Part shown: positions 41,296-53,572 of the stretch, one piece after another
Numbering within the stretch: position 1 is the stretch's first letter
How the letters are laid out: the number at the start of each line of letters is the position of its first letter
Source: Haliotis rufescens
Lineage: Eukaryota
Direction of reading: 5' to 3'
NCBI RefSeq assembly: GCF_023055435.1
Contig: NW_025963835.1
Location: 32,302,001 to 32,366,000, forward strand
DNA: 64,000 nt
Translations under genes and position numbers: made by a program
The notes under the pieces: model-generated
Seen by the model: the letters and a program-made list of their open reading frames with translations, nothing else
What the model was told of the DNA's origin: nothing
Database searches by the model: none

Positions 41296-41998
41296 TGTAC
41301 CCCAGGCATTTCGTCACACTAAAATGAGGATCGGATAGTTCGACTTGGCCGAGTGTGTGATCCAAACGATCCGCAAGGCTGTATGTAAGACAAGATGACT
41401 TCAACTTTCCAATACTCAACTTTCTCAACATATGTTGACCAATACCCCAGCAGCTCCAGCCTTTGGTGTCTACATTTCACAAAGGTACAAACGAGCAAAC
41501 TTTATGAAAAAAATTCAAAGAGCGTCATATGACGCTTACTCCAAAGTTTGACCAGGGTTGCTGGCCTTGGTAAACCTTTTCAATAATTTCTCATTTGACA
41601 CATCAGTGACAAAATGTCTACTATAAACAATTGAGGCTTTACTGAGGCCTTGAACCGTGATCAAATACCGTATGAACTAGTGCCTCATGACGCTCTTTGT
41701 AGTCTTGTCATATAGTGTTGTGGAGCGGGTTTTTTTGGGCCATTCTGAATAAGTGGAAGGAAAGTAAAATATCTTTTTGGCCGTTATTGAACAATAGATC
41801 ATCGATATACATGAACCTTAAGTTAAACTTCTTGGCCAAATTGCTTTGTTTTGATTTTGCCAATCCGAGGAGATTTTCCGATTCACAGAATATTACAGAA
41901 AATTATTTACAAAGTGTTTTGATTTTTTGTTCGACTTAATTCACTGTCATAATGAACTATTGTGTTGTTGGTTTAATTTCCATATCCTGATAAAATAG

Positions 41999-42133
41999 CA
42001 GAATACTTCAGAATCGGTTGCTTATGTAGAATTATTCAGTGTATGTTTTTTGTGACAGCAAATTTCAGAATACTTCAGAATCGGTTGCTTATGTAGAATT
42101 ATTCAGTGTATGTTTTTTTTGTGACCGCAAATT
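41999..42133. repeat. 67-bp tandem duplication
   Basis: CAGAATACTTCAGAATCGGTTGC at 41999 and 42066. Confidence 0.93.
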
Positions 42134-42400
42134 TGAATTAATGCCAAATCTATCGGGAAGGCACGTAGAGCATGCAGTATTCCTGATGACACTGTGTTAC
42201 CATTCTCAGAAATATCTTTGATCAATGTTGAAGTGATTTGATTCGTCCCAAGAACACCATTCATGTCTGAGACTAGACCAACTATGGTGACTTCAGACTC
42301 AAAGGAATCTTCTTACCAAACATGGCCAAAGGGTCTATAACTATTAAATGTCGTTTTTAAGAAAAGCATCCAAAACTAATCGCGGTCTAACGGAAATATC
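42060..42400 (+). mobile_element. Old interspersed repeat (DNA-transposon-like); inverted homolog at 50550-50885
   Basis: GATTCGTCCC..AACACCAT.CATGTCTGAGACTAGACCA...GACTTCAGACTCAAAGG...AAACATGGCCAAAG is the reverse complement of 50622-50710. Confidence 0.8.
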
Positions 42401-43829
42401 ATTCAGAAAAATGTTAAAACCAAAATCGTTGAGAAAATGGAAAAGTCTAATTCGGTATCAAATTTATTCAATCAAGAAATGCATATGTACATGTAAACAA
42501 ATAAGTAAATATATTCTTCATTGCTTTTGAACATATTGTCACACTGAACTTTACCTGTTGTTGGTTTTTTTAATAAAAAACTCAATTCAGATGGTAAGAA
42601 ACATTTTAAATTGGAAAAGTTATAAGACAAAATCGCTCGTCAAATATTGTCGTAATGAAATGTCAGATAAGTGGGAATGGCACCGGCATGAGACATTGTC
42701 CTAGCATTGTGCCAGATTCCATCACAGGTCTCAGTCCATATAGAAAGTCAGAATCAATAATGGACAATGGGACAAGCAGAGAGAAAGCGGTTCAACATGA
42801 CGGATGAATTTCTGAATTACACAACTAACTAGGATGCCTCGATCTGTCACTCACACACGGGCATACTGTGTCTCCGTCGACATGCTTTCCAATTTCATCT
42901 GGACTTGGGTCGAATGGCCATTTTGCAAATGTCAACGGCTTAGCCCTGGTCGTGACTCAGGTCAGATATTGGGTTTATTTAAACAACTAATGTCCTGCGA
43001 TGCTAAAAGTCTTGAGATGAATAAAAAATATTAAAGTATGACTGAGCCATTGCTTTGGTCAATTTCATTTTTCAAACATAGAGACGGGTCAATTTTGGCG
43101 CAAGGACTACATTGTGATGGATCACCCTTAACCTTATTGCTTTGATCACGTTTAAGGAAACATGTCATCTATTCTTTATTTTTCATAAAGGCCATGTCTT
43201 GTATCTGGGATGGGTGATGAAGTATGGACATTTTGCTTCAGCGAAGGAAATGACATTTTTAAGTTTTGGGATTAAACGTAATAATTGTAGTGTTTTATTG
43301 GTACCATTTGTGAAATTGATATCCATCAAGTGAATAGATGTTTGTTCATTAATCAAATCTGTCGCAGTGATGACACCTGCTGATATACGGTCACTGAAAG
43401 TGGTTGTTGCCGAGGGCTGCGGTGTTGGTTAAAAAGTTTAAAGGGCGAAATTCAATAATTTCATGGCGCATATGTCTACCGCGTGTATCACATAGGTATT
43501 GATTCTAATTGTTACATTAATGCTTTGAACAGTGTAGAATAGAGTGCAGGTAGGTGTCACTAGTGTGTACATGTGTGGTGCAATACAAAGCCAAATTATC
43601 CTCCGAGTTTGTTTGTGGCCACATTTAAACGTAGACCTTTTACTAAAAAATAACAAAATATCTACACGACTGTACGCTACAATTGTATTTCATGTCCTAA
43701 ATGGGACGTTTTCTGATCATGAAACAATAACTACAGTGATATTCAATTGTTGGTTCGTATGAAATGAATAACTGGATTAATAAATTATTTTAAACAATAT
43801 TACGTTGTACATAATTATTGTTGTTGTTG

Positions 43830-43841
43830 TGATTATTATTA

Positions 43842-43884
<43 letters not shown>
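43830..43884. repeat. (ATT)n microsatellite
   Basis: Direct. Confidence 0.95.
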
Positions 43885-43885
<1 letters not shown>

Positions 43886-43979
43886 TGTTGGTACAATATG
43901 GTTATCAGCGATGAGACGTAGTATGGAACCAAAGGTGACTAGATTACATGATGTTTGGTTTTCGGAAGTTCACTTTGTT

Positions 43980-44059
43980 GGTTGTCTCGAACCACGGATA
44001 ACTCGAACCACGGTTTTTTAGAGGTTCCCACGCGTTCGATAAAACGAGGCTCCACTGTA
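43980..44059. mobile_element. MITE right-end fragment (pogo/Tc1-like, ...CCACTG|TA)
   Basis: CTCGAAC subrepeats and TTCGATAAAACGAGGCTCCACTGTA end. Confidence 0.5.
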
Positions 44060-45625
44060 TATTCATTTAGTGCCTTACCTGGAGTAAATTACCTAAATCT
44101 ACACTATAAAATATTAATTCATTGATATATAAATTCACGAGAAATAATAATGTTCTAAAAACAGTGTAGCGGATCTTTATATCCGAACAATAAATGCCAT
44201 TAAAAATAGTCCTTAGTATTTAATGCACAAAGAATAAAAGAATTTGTTGTCGCCTCGTACTGACAATGTCAGTAATGTTGCTGTAAACACTTAGAATAAT
44301 GACGTTTTTACAACATGTAGCTGACTTAACAGTCTTCTCATGATTGTTCATGTTGTACCGAGTGAATATGACGCAAGGAAAGAAATGTTTCGCTTGTTTT
44401 ACATCAACAGTTTTCTCTCAAGACTGAAGTCTTCTTGTACAGGTATTTAAGTACGTTCATATACATCTTCTTCAAAAGACTGTTATTTCTAACGCGCTTC
44501 CAAAACAAAATAGATTCACTTCAAATGTCTGAAATCCTATATTTGATTAATAGGCAATCTTGTCTCCCTTCTCTGTGAATGGAGCGTGTTTTTATTGAGC
44601 TTTAATGAACTCACAAATGTCATCTACTTTCCATGTGAACAGCCCACACCAAGGAATTTGCTATGTTATTAGGATGGAATTGTCAGAAGGTGACACGTTG
44701 AACCCAGGGTATTGAACACGGATTAAGTTGTAACACCTACAAATATTTCAATTTGTTCAAAATATTTGCTTCATCGACTTCTTCCAAAGCTGCTTTTATT
44801 TTTCGGATGTATGAAGAACGATAACAATTGTGACGGGAAGCAAACAGTGACTTTACTGCAGTCGCCCGTGTATGTAGACACAATGTTTCTAAACCCAGAT
44901 TAGTCCCAAGATGAATGGTCAACACTGCCCGTCTTTCAGACAAGGGCGTCGGGAAGCAGTCATCGAAATTACTCTTAGTTTTACCCAGTGGGGGTCGACG
45001 AGGGACGGCTCAAAACGAGCGTTAGTTCATAAGACGATGGTGATCAACAATAGAGACAGACGACCCCAAGTCTATGATAGCACCTCGACAATTATCATCC
45101 AATTTCAGCCCCGTCCCGACACCTTCGGTGCTATTGTTGCCCTTTTAGGGACGCTAACGAGAAAATCCCCTTCCTTTCATGTATTTGAATTCGTCTTGCG
45201 CTTTTGCCAGCTTTGCTTGGAAGAGATGCAAGCATATCCGTTTATAGAAGAGCAGGTGAACAAACACGCTCCCTTGATGGTACTTCCCGCATGGGGTTTC
45301 TTAGTATCGGCGCCGTACCTCCACTTTGGCATTCCGTAGGTTACTATTATTTTTTAAATCCCCCTTTGACACTTTGACAACCGACCCGTGCCCCCTATCT
45401 TGTGAGCAGGGCTCATGGCGCGAAGCCATATCCCTCGATACGACGCCATTTAAAACATATCTTGACCTATGCCTTGGAGTTAATTAAAAATCCGGTCTCT
45501 TACAAACGAGAGAACATCAGGTTTGTAATCAACGAGGCATCAGGAGCACTGGGTTGACCATTTTGACAGAGCCCTGCTCCAGGGAGGCGCACGGTGCTCC
45601 GTCATCCTGCTCAATTCCCTGACGA

Positions 45626-45641
45626 TCGCTAGATGGCGCTG
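45626..45641 (+). promoter_or_regulatory. Candidate CTCF site
   Basis: TCGCTAGATGGCGCTG matches the core of CCASYAGRKGGCRS. Confidence 0.45.
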
Positions 45642-46411
45642 ACTCCGAGTCTGTCCGCCATGATGAATTGCGCGTGAGCTCACTGCAAACCAAATTCATT
45701 CTGTTTGAAGATAATCTAATCGCTATTCAGACGACAGGCTGAATTTATATGATTACGACTGTCAACGCGACAAAGTCTATTACTGATGTCTTATTTTGTA
45801 GCAAGGCGATTAAAACATGCAATTCCAATGCAGCTGTCAAACAGAGGGGACAGCCTTGTTTAATGGTGAATGCTTGATAGTTAGGGATAGAGAAAACAGC
45901 ACGGGAAATTTATTGAATTTGATGTTTAAGTGATACATTGAGAGTCATTGACAAGCATTTCCATCTACAATGGAGAAAAAACTCAACATGGTAATGAAAC
46001 GTCACCAAGGGAAGTTTTATTGAACATGATTGATAACTTTGCGTGTTCTAGTCTGTAAGATGTATAACGTCATTTGAAGAATATAACCGGAATGTGTAGA
46101 GTAGATCTTCACTGCTGTGTGGTGAAGGTAAGGTGACTGTCAAAATGAAGCTGGTTTAAAGGGGAACTCTATGCATTCTGATGCCGAATTCCAATAGGTG
46201 GAAACCCTGTTGTGATACGTGTGAAATTCAGACATTGTCTGTCTGAAGCAAGGGTAATCATGAACTGTAAACTGATATACATTATACCATTTTAGTCACT
46301 GGACTGAGAGAGTTGGCTTTCAACCACTTGGATCAAGTTTGCTACATCATTTGGAATCGCATTTAAAGGGACCTCAACAAGTTTTTGAGGCGACGAGTGT
46401 TTTGAGATTAC

Positions 46412-46845
46412 TTTAACTCTGTACGTCTTTGAGCTCTGTGCGTCTTTGAGCTCTGTACGTCTTTGAGCTCTGTACGTCTTTGAGCTCTGTGCGTCTTTGA
46501 GCTCTGTGCGTCTTTGAGCTCTGTACGTCTTTGAGCTCTGCGCGACTTTGGGCTCACTGCGTCTTTGGGCTCTGTGTGTCATTCAGCTCTGTACGTCTTT
46601 GGGCTCTGTACGTCTTTGGGCTCTGTACGTCTTTGAACTCTGTACGTCTTTCAGCTCTGTACATCTTTGGGCTCTGTGCGTCTTTGAACTCTGTACGTCT
46701 TTCAGCTCTTTTCGTCTTTGGGCTCTGTACGTCTTTCAGCTCTGTGCGTCTTTGGGCTCTTTTCGTCTTTGGGCTCTGTACGTCTTTGGGTTCCGTACGT
46801 CTTTCAGCTCCGTACGTCTTTCAGCTTTGTACGTCTCTCAGCTAC
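46412..46845. repeat. 17-bp minisatellite (GAGCTCTGTACGTCTTT)n
   Basis: Direct periodicity. Confidence 0.96.
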
Positions 46846-49352
46846 TTGAACTTTCCAGCTCGTTGACCTTTCATCACTGTGATCCTTTGAAGTATGTTTA
46901 CATACAAACTTTTACCCATGATCTGTAAGAAATTGCTGGGTTTACTTTAAGAAGGACCACTTGGTCCCTTCAACGCCTGTTTCTATTGTACCGCCATGAA
47001 GCATGCACCCTGGATATTACTTATTAGACTATCTTCACAGAATACCTACATGTCATAAACAAATCACAGAATCCCTACATGCGATAAACAAATCCTATCT
47101 ACAGAAAACGACATTAACAACCGGAAGCGGAAGTGATTGTTCAATCCTCTGCACCAACAACAAACCAAGGTATGTTATCTGGCCCCTACTCGTGTTTACA
47201 GAGGAAGGTAGATATGCTGGTGTAGGTAGTCGCCCGCAGCAGGCAGAGAGATAACGCCGTCACACACCTGCCTGTTCTGGATTGTGTTTCGCATGTCTAT
47301 CAGATATCTATGTGGCAATCTGGAAGCGTCAGACATGCATGATTAAATATGACGACATGGCTGTTCTTTCATATCATCAATTAAAGTTTGTATACAACTT
47401 GTCAAATATGCACACATTCTCGGAGCACCTTTGACCATCTGATGGGTACGGTGGGCCCAGTGGCATCAACCCTGAATTCTTGGTTATGAATCCCTATTGA
47501 GTCAAACACTTCAAGCCGGACACTATACAGCCAAACAATGAAACATGCAACAATATACACATCTCCTATTCCACTACACATCTTACTTATCCTTAAACCA
47601 GAAACATCATACTCTCTTTGTATTACTGCACTCATTGAACCAGTGAAGACATATTTATATTTGAACATGGGCTGAATTTATGATGTCACTTGAAACTAAA
47701 CACAAAAAATACATTATCATTTTTAGAACATTGGAATTTCGTTCAATGTGAATGTCTATGTTCAAGTTAAACGATTGTCTAAAATGTCATAAAACAGGGC
47801 TTCGGACTATGTGAGTGAGACTATTTCAATCCAGCAATGCATTTGATTATTCAGTTACCACGAAACGGAGCACAAAACGGCCAAGAAGGAATACACTACT
47901 TGTAAAACTCGTAATAAACCCGGTAGTCGCCATTTGCCTTCTTTAAATGCCCCTTATCGGCTAGCGGCCACGGCACCAGCGAGCTATCACTGAGCAAGAA
48001 TACACTAGAACTACTATAAACCTAACGGAACACCATGGTTGCATAATCATAGCCAGCTGTTAATTCCACACAAACGGCAATCTAATTATTGATGCCGAAA
48101 CAGGCACTTTGATTCGATAATACCCGGTAATGATGTACTACTAAAGTGACAAATTTATTGTTACCCAGCGTTGGGGACTTGGGCTCTTTCACCCCAGCCC
48201 AAGAGAGCCTTGGTAATTTACATGATAAATGGCTCCCGAGCAAGCCAATTTTCATACGACTGCATGCGCCGTAAGCGATGACGAACTGCTCCCGGGAGAA
48301 ACGAGTCGAAGACGAAGATTCCCTGAAAGATTATCCTTCCATTTTACCGATATAGCATTAATTACCTCCCTTTGTATAACTCTTCATAACAGAGGAAGAA
48401 ATATCACTTCCAAAATGGCGTCCTTATTCGAGCCGGACAGATGCCATTTGAGAGATTGGAGAGATTTGTTTCGAAAGAAGAGCGATCGAAAAGTTGGGGG
48501 AAAATGATCCGATCGGTATCTTGGATTATCACATACAAACTACCAAGACAATAGTCCATTTGACGCGTGTGTTAGCTGATGAGCTAAATGATACCCCGTT
48601 CCGACCCGACCCGCGACAACCATTACCTCAGTTTCGAATGTCCGTGACTCGGCCCATTAAGAGCGAAACAGTCAATGTCCCGCTACGTCCTAAACGGTTT
48701 ATTGCGTGAAAATAAAAATTTGAAACCAGATATTTGCATCTGAGGTTGAGAAACTGCAATTAAAGAAATATTTTCCTCTTAACAATTCAGTGAGGGTGCT
48801 GTTTTATCCCAAAATCACCAGTCTGTGTGTTTAAACACATTTCCACGCACGTGAAATTAGCACGTGGAGAGTTCAATTAGGTCATAGTATTTCATGCTTC
48901 GCCGGTGTTAAGGGGTAGCGACAACTGGATTCAACCTCAATGACATTAGAATGGTTCGTAAGAGTTAATCACGTTCTGAGTCAAAGCTGCGTGAAACGGC
49001 AACCCTCTCGAGACTAGCTCCACAGCGGTACCTTAACTCGTAGGGAGGGAGAAATGGTTACAGACAATGCCTAAACTAATGCGCTACCATTTTAAGCACC
49101 ACAGAATACATAACGGTAAATAAACATGGCATTCAAAACGTCAACCCTAGAGATATCTGTCTGTATTATTTGCCGAAGCAGAATCTGGACGGCGAAAAAT
49201 GGCATTATAGAGATGAAAGTTATATGAATGGATCACTGCATGACACCAGGTGTTCGCGAAAAGGGACAGCATGTCCTGCTCTACCGGCAGCACCCGTCAC
49301 AATTTTCATACTAAGTAAGTATTTGTAAGTGTTAACATCCCTGCCAACAAGA

Positions 49353-49707
49353 GACCGCCTCCGTGGTCTTGTGGTAGAGCGTCCGCCCGGAGAGCGGAAG
49401 GTCCGGGGTTCGATCCCCAGCCGCGTCATACAAAAAGACGTTAAAAGATTGTACTTGTTGTTACCCTGTCTGGCGCTCGGCATTAAGGGGCTAAAACAAG
49501 GACTGGTCGGCTCGGAGTCAGTATACTGTGTCTGAGTGGGGTATTCATGTTAAACTGCGGCATGGTATCTCAGTGAGCTAGCACTATAAATCGGCATCAG
49601 TCCGGACTAGTACAAGCAGCCACACACACACATACACGTGCATGCACGTCGCTATATAAGTGCAATAATCTTGGACGCGACGTTAAACCCAATTTCACCT
49701 CGTCTCA
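49353..49707 (+). mobile_element. Full-length tRNA-derived SINE family D with Meta-type central domain (MetaSINE-like)
   Basis: A/B boxes (GTGGTCTTGTGG, GGTTCGATCCC); GTCATAC.AAAGACGTTAAAAGAT.GTACTTGTTGTTACCCTGTCTGGCGCTCGGCAT resembles the Meta domain; 13-bp TSD CCTGCCAACAAGA at 49340-49352 and 49708-49720. Confidence 0.92.
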
Positions 49708-50549
49708 CCTGCCAACAAGAACCAGTAAGCAATCGATTCTGTCTGTGTAACAATTTTATGAACGTGTATTAATTATCAAAACAGACATATGTAGTATGTT
49801 CATTATTCCTGTACTCTAAGTACGGTCAAGTCAATTGAAATGATAAATGCATTTACTCAGATATAACAGAAAGGCATACTTTATAGTTCCTTGTGTCAGA
49901 ATGGACATTGTAAAGGTCCTAAATTTGACCATTTGCGCAATGACTTCGATCAGTAAAGACGCTGCCCAGCTCAAATGTCGTTTTGATGTAATTGACTTGT
50001 CCCTCATCTCTTTACATTTACAAAAATGTATATAAATGTTTCTTGGGAACCTTCTCTGCGACATGGGGCCCATCTATATATCTGGCCGAGCTCCTGACAA
50101 GGATATCTCCCTCAACGTCGGGAAGATCCCACAAACAGATATTGAGGTTGATTCCGGCTCACCCTGTGTGGTATCGGCAATCACAGAAAGTTACACAAAC
50201 ATTGTTTATTTCTACTTCTGAGAAAAAAACAACAGAACTTGCGTTGTTTAGATACTGGCCCTTTTAAGAATATTGTTATTTGTGATTAACTGTCAAAATG
50301 GCGTTTCTGAATTTGAATTTCATTTTAATTTGACAAAACTAATGGATTTTCACAGATTTGAAAGGCCGTTTTTGCTGACAACTAGGTGCATTGCTCCGAT
50401 ATTTCTTGTATATCTCAACATCGCGATTCCCACGTGTGCGGGGTAGATGTAAAGGTTTTTGGTTCGTGCGACCGTGTGCTCGACAGTCTTTTAGTTACAT
50501 AACGTCACCGAGTGACTGAGAGCAATGTTGTTTTACAACAATATGAAGT

Positions 50550-50885
50550 AAGAAATTATTGCCTAAAATTCGATAAGGTTGGGATGCTTGTCTTCAAAAG
50601 CGGCATCTGATAGTCATGCATTCTTTGGCCATGTTTAAATTAAACCTTTGAGTCTGAAGTCTCCATTGCTGGTCTAGTCTCAGACATGTATGGTGTTTTG
50701 GGGACGAATCAAACCTCTTCAAAATGTGATCAAAGATATTTCTAAGAAAAGTTAAAGGTCTTTCCAGGAATACGACATGCTACAGGTGCCTTCCAATGGG
50801 TTTGGTATCAGTTGAAATTATTTTCTTACAAGAAAAGCAGGATCTGAATAATACTACAAAGGCAGCCGATTTTGGAACATTCTAG
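50550..50885 (-). mobile_element. Inverted homolog of 42060-42400
   Basis: Reverse-complement similarity over about 330 bp. Confidence 0.8.
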
Positions 50886-51048
50886 GTATCTAGTAACAGT
50901 AAAACGTACGCGTGTTGAGGAGATAATTCACTAAACAATACATTGCTTTAGCTTCCAAATTTCATAATTAGGTGGAAATAAATAATTAAAACCCTTTGTA
51001 AACTAAGTTTGAAATATTATTTGTGACGACGCGTGACTCATCAACGTG

Positions 51049-51058
51049 GAGAGAGAAA

Positions 51059-51108
<50 letters not shown>
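51049..51108. repeat. (GA)n microsatellite
   Basis: Direct. Confidence 0.97.
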
Positions 51109-51110
<2 letters not shown>

Positions 51111-52934
51111 CACTCGACGTGGCCATCACCCCATTATCCAGACACATTGGGCACTTGTTCAACAGACTTTAAAAGAAGCCATTATTGAATAAAACAGAGC
51201 ATCTGTTGAAAACGGCCTTGAACACCTATCTCGAAAACATATTGCTATTATGTCTGTAGTTTAACACTTAAACAGACACTTTCATAATTATTTTGCTCAA
51301 TTTCCTTGATTGCAATAATATTTATGTCGCGTACTAATGACGTGGAACGTGTTACTTGAGGCAGAGAAGCGAAATGAGGTAAAAATATATGGACCCTGTA
51401 CTCCCAGACAACTCAGCACCCCCACCTTAGGATGCTACGCCATGAATTGCTCTTGAATGACGTGTCATAAATGTTGTTGTTTTTATTTTTCCACAAGCCT
51501 TTACAAATGTGTTTACCTTTGCATCGTTTCCACAATTTCAGACTAGACTCCCGGAATGCTAAATCAAAAACCCCACATTTTATTACCCCATTATAAATTA
51601 AAATATATCTCTACCTTTCTCTCTTTAATAAATCAGGGGCATTTGGCATCTTGAGTACATGATTTTATCTGGCAATCTTGAATTGCATGAGAGCATGTTT
51701 TTAAATATAAAATCACAGACACGACGGTAAGCTGTCAGCTGACTAGCGATATGCACAATTGTAGATCGTCAATACCAACAAGAACATTCGGAGCGGCCAG
51801 TCTAGAACCGCAGCGCGTAACGCAGTATAACAGTGCATGGAGTCTGGCAACGCCGCATGAGGCCGCAGGGGGACACATGTAGAGGGAGATTAAAATGAAA
51901 TGGAAATGACAACGATTGTGCCCATGTCCTGTGTTAATCTCCGTCCTCGAGTCTTCATTCGTGTCAGATGGCGTTATGTCCGCTTGGATAGGCATCGCTG
52001 TCTGACCATGGGTCATCGCACAGGATTACAACGCTTGATATCTGGTCATCGGATGACAGACACAAGAGAGAGGGCTCAGGTTCCCCGGGGGTCAGCATAA
52101 CCCCTCGGGCGGAAGTAGAGACCAAAATAAACAATACGTGATTATCTCCCCTTGAATACCCACCCGGACAAGCATGGTGGCTGTATTGAAGGGGGTGGTA
52201 TATAGGTATATTGAAGATTTACAGGCACAATTAGTAAGTTCGTGTGTGGCAAGACGAGGACAATGTGTTGTTGTTGATGGAGAACAATGCATTATAGAGA
52301 GATCTTGAACAGCTGAAACATATTTTCCAGGATCAAGATGTGTTTTGTCTTCAAGGCCATATCACCCATGTTGCATAAACACAAATATACACGAGGTTGC
52401 ATGTCGTCTCTAAGTAGGAATATACAAAGTAAATATTTAGCAAAAGTACAATTTTTTCTTCATCTTGAAAATGTACACAGTCGGTTAGGTAGGATACTAT
52501 TATCACATCATTAAATTTATATCTCACATATTTATATAAAAACACATTTCAGACACTTGATTTTTACGAAGCTTTTAATAGAGATGAATACAAGGAGACA
52601 CGTGCTTATATACTAGAGTGAGTGAGTCAGATGGGTTTAATGCTACTTCTAAAGGTAGATATGTTATATTAGTAATGTACAGTTTCCGCTTAATGTCGGA
52701 TTAATCCCAGAAGTAATGCGGAACTTCAACGATTACCACTTTGATATAACCGCCAACACGGCCAAGGTGCTGATAAACCGACTTTCATAATCACCAAGAA
52801 TCTGAAATTTTAACACACTATCATAGGATGCTTGTATGCTTAAGGGACGCAACTCTGCGTAGCGAGTTCCAACACTTTTGAAACCTCCTGTTGTATAAAT
52901 TGTTTGAGAGACATTACCTAGAAGCTGACGGATG

Positions 52935-53095
52935 ACAAAGTAGATACAATTTATGGATAACAACTTCTTTAATACTGTAAAGGCGACGTTTCGGCAAAGA
53001 TCCTCATACCGTTGTCATGCATCCTGCTTGGATCCATACCGAAACGTCGCCTTTACAGTATTAAAGTTGTTATCCATAAATTGTGTCTACTTTGT
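52935..53095. mobile_element. Inverted pair of Penelope-like element ends with a minimal hammerhead-ribozyme motif
   Basis: About 58-bp arms ACAAAGTAGATACAATTTATGGATAACAAC...GGCGACGTTTCGG / CCGAAACGTCGCC...TTGTGTCTACTTTGT; core TGACAA-C-GGTAT..ATACC-GAAAC-GTC. Confidence 0.7.
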
Positions 53096-53156
53096 TATAT
53101 ACTAGACGGGATTGTACACTAGATGTGGTTTTAAAAAGATGTTGGCTTATTCTAGA

Positions 53157-53572
53157 TGTGTGGGTGTGGTCTTCATCTGCTTTTGACAATATAATAGTAA
53201 CATCGCGGCACGAGTCATTGTCTTCCCACATTGTACCCTTGAAGGCAATTGAACCCGGGTGTTCGGCGTGACTGGACTGGATTGGATTGGATTGTTGTTT
53301 CACGCCGCACTCAGCAATATTCCAGCTATATAACGGCGGTCTGTAAATAATCGAGTCTGGACCAGACAATCCAATGATTAATATCATGAGCATCGATCCA
53401 CGCAATTGGGATCGATGACATGCATCAACCAAGTCAGCGAGCCTGACCACCCGATCCCGTTAGTCGCCTTTTACGACAAGCATAGTCACCTTTAAAGCAA
53501 GCATGGGTTGCTGAAGACCTATTCTACCCCGGAATCTTCACGGGTCTCGTGACGAGCGGATGCTCTCCACCT
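53157..53572 (-). mobile_element. Old SINE family A copy split by a family B insertion
   Basis: CACATTGTACCC...GAACCCGGGTGTTCGGCGTGAC | CGTGACGAGCGGATGCT. Confidence 0.75.
53273..53547 (-). mobile_element. Full-length SINE family B (no tRNA head; LINE-derived bipartite type)
   Basis: Minus strand CCCGTGAAGATTCCGGGGTAGAATAGG...TGTCGTAAAAGGCGACTAACGGGATCGG...GGAATATTGCTGAGTGCGGCGTGAAAC-(CAATC)n; flanking CGTGAC duplication at 53267-53272 and 53548-53553. Confidence 0.9.

Noticed and set aside
43361-43422. C/D-box snoRNA-like segment (GTGATGA...CTGA, CGCAG/CTGCG)
   Set aside because: No canonical D box next to the terminal stem and no recognisable rRNA guide
44911-45339. 142-aa unique ORF
   Set aside because: No recognisable domain or splice support; length attainable by chance in a GC-richer island
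45960-46410. Protein-like fragments (GLRELAFNHLDQVCYIIWNRI)
   Set aside because: Multiple stops and no recognisable family
46934-46980. miR-133-like TTGGTCCCTTCAAC
   Set aside because: One C missing relative to miR-133, 3' end differs, and the hairpin loop is only about 2 nt, so it is not a pre-miRNA
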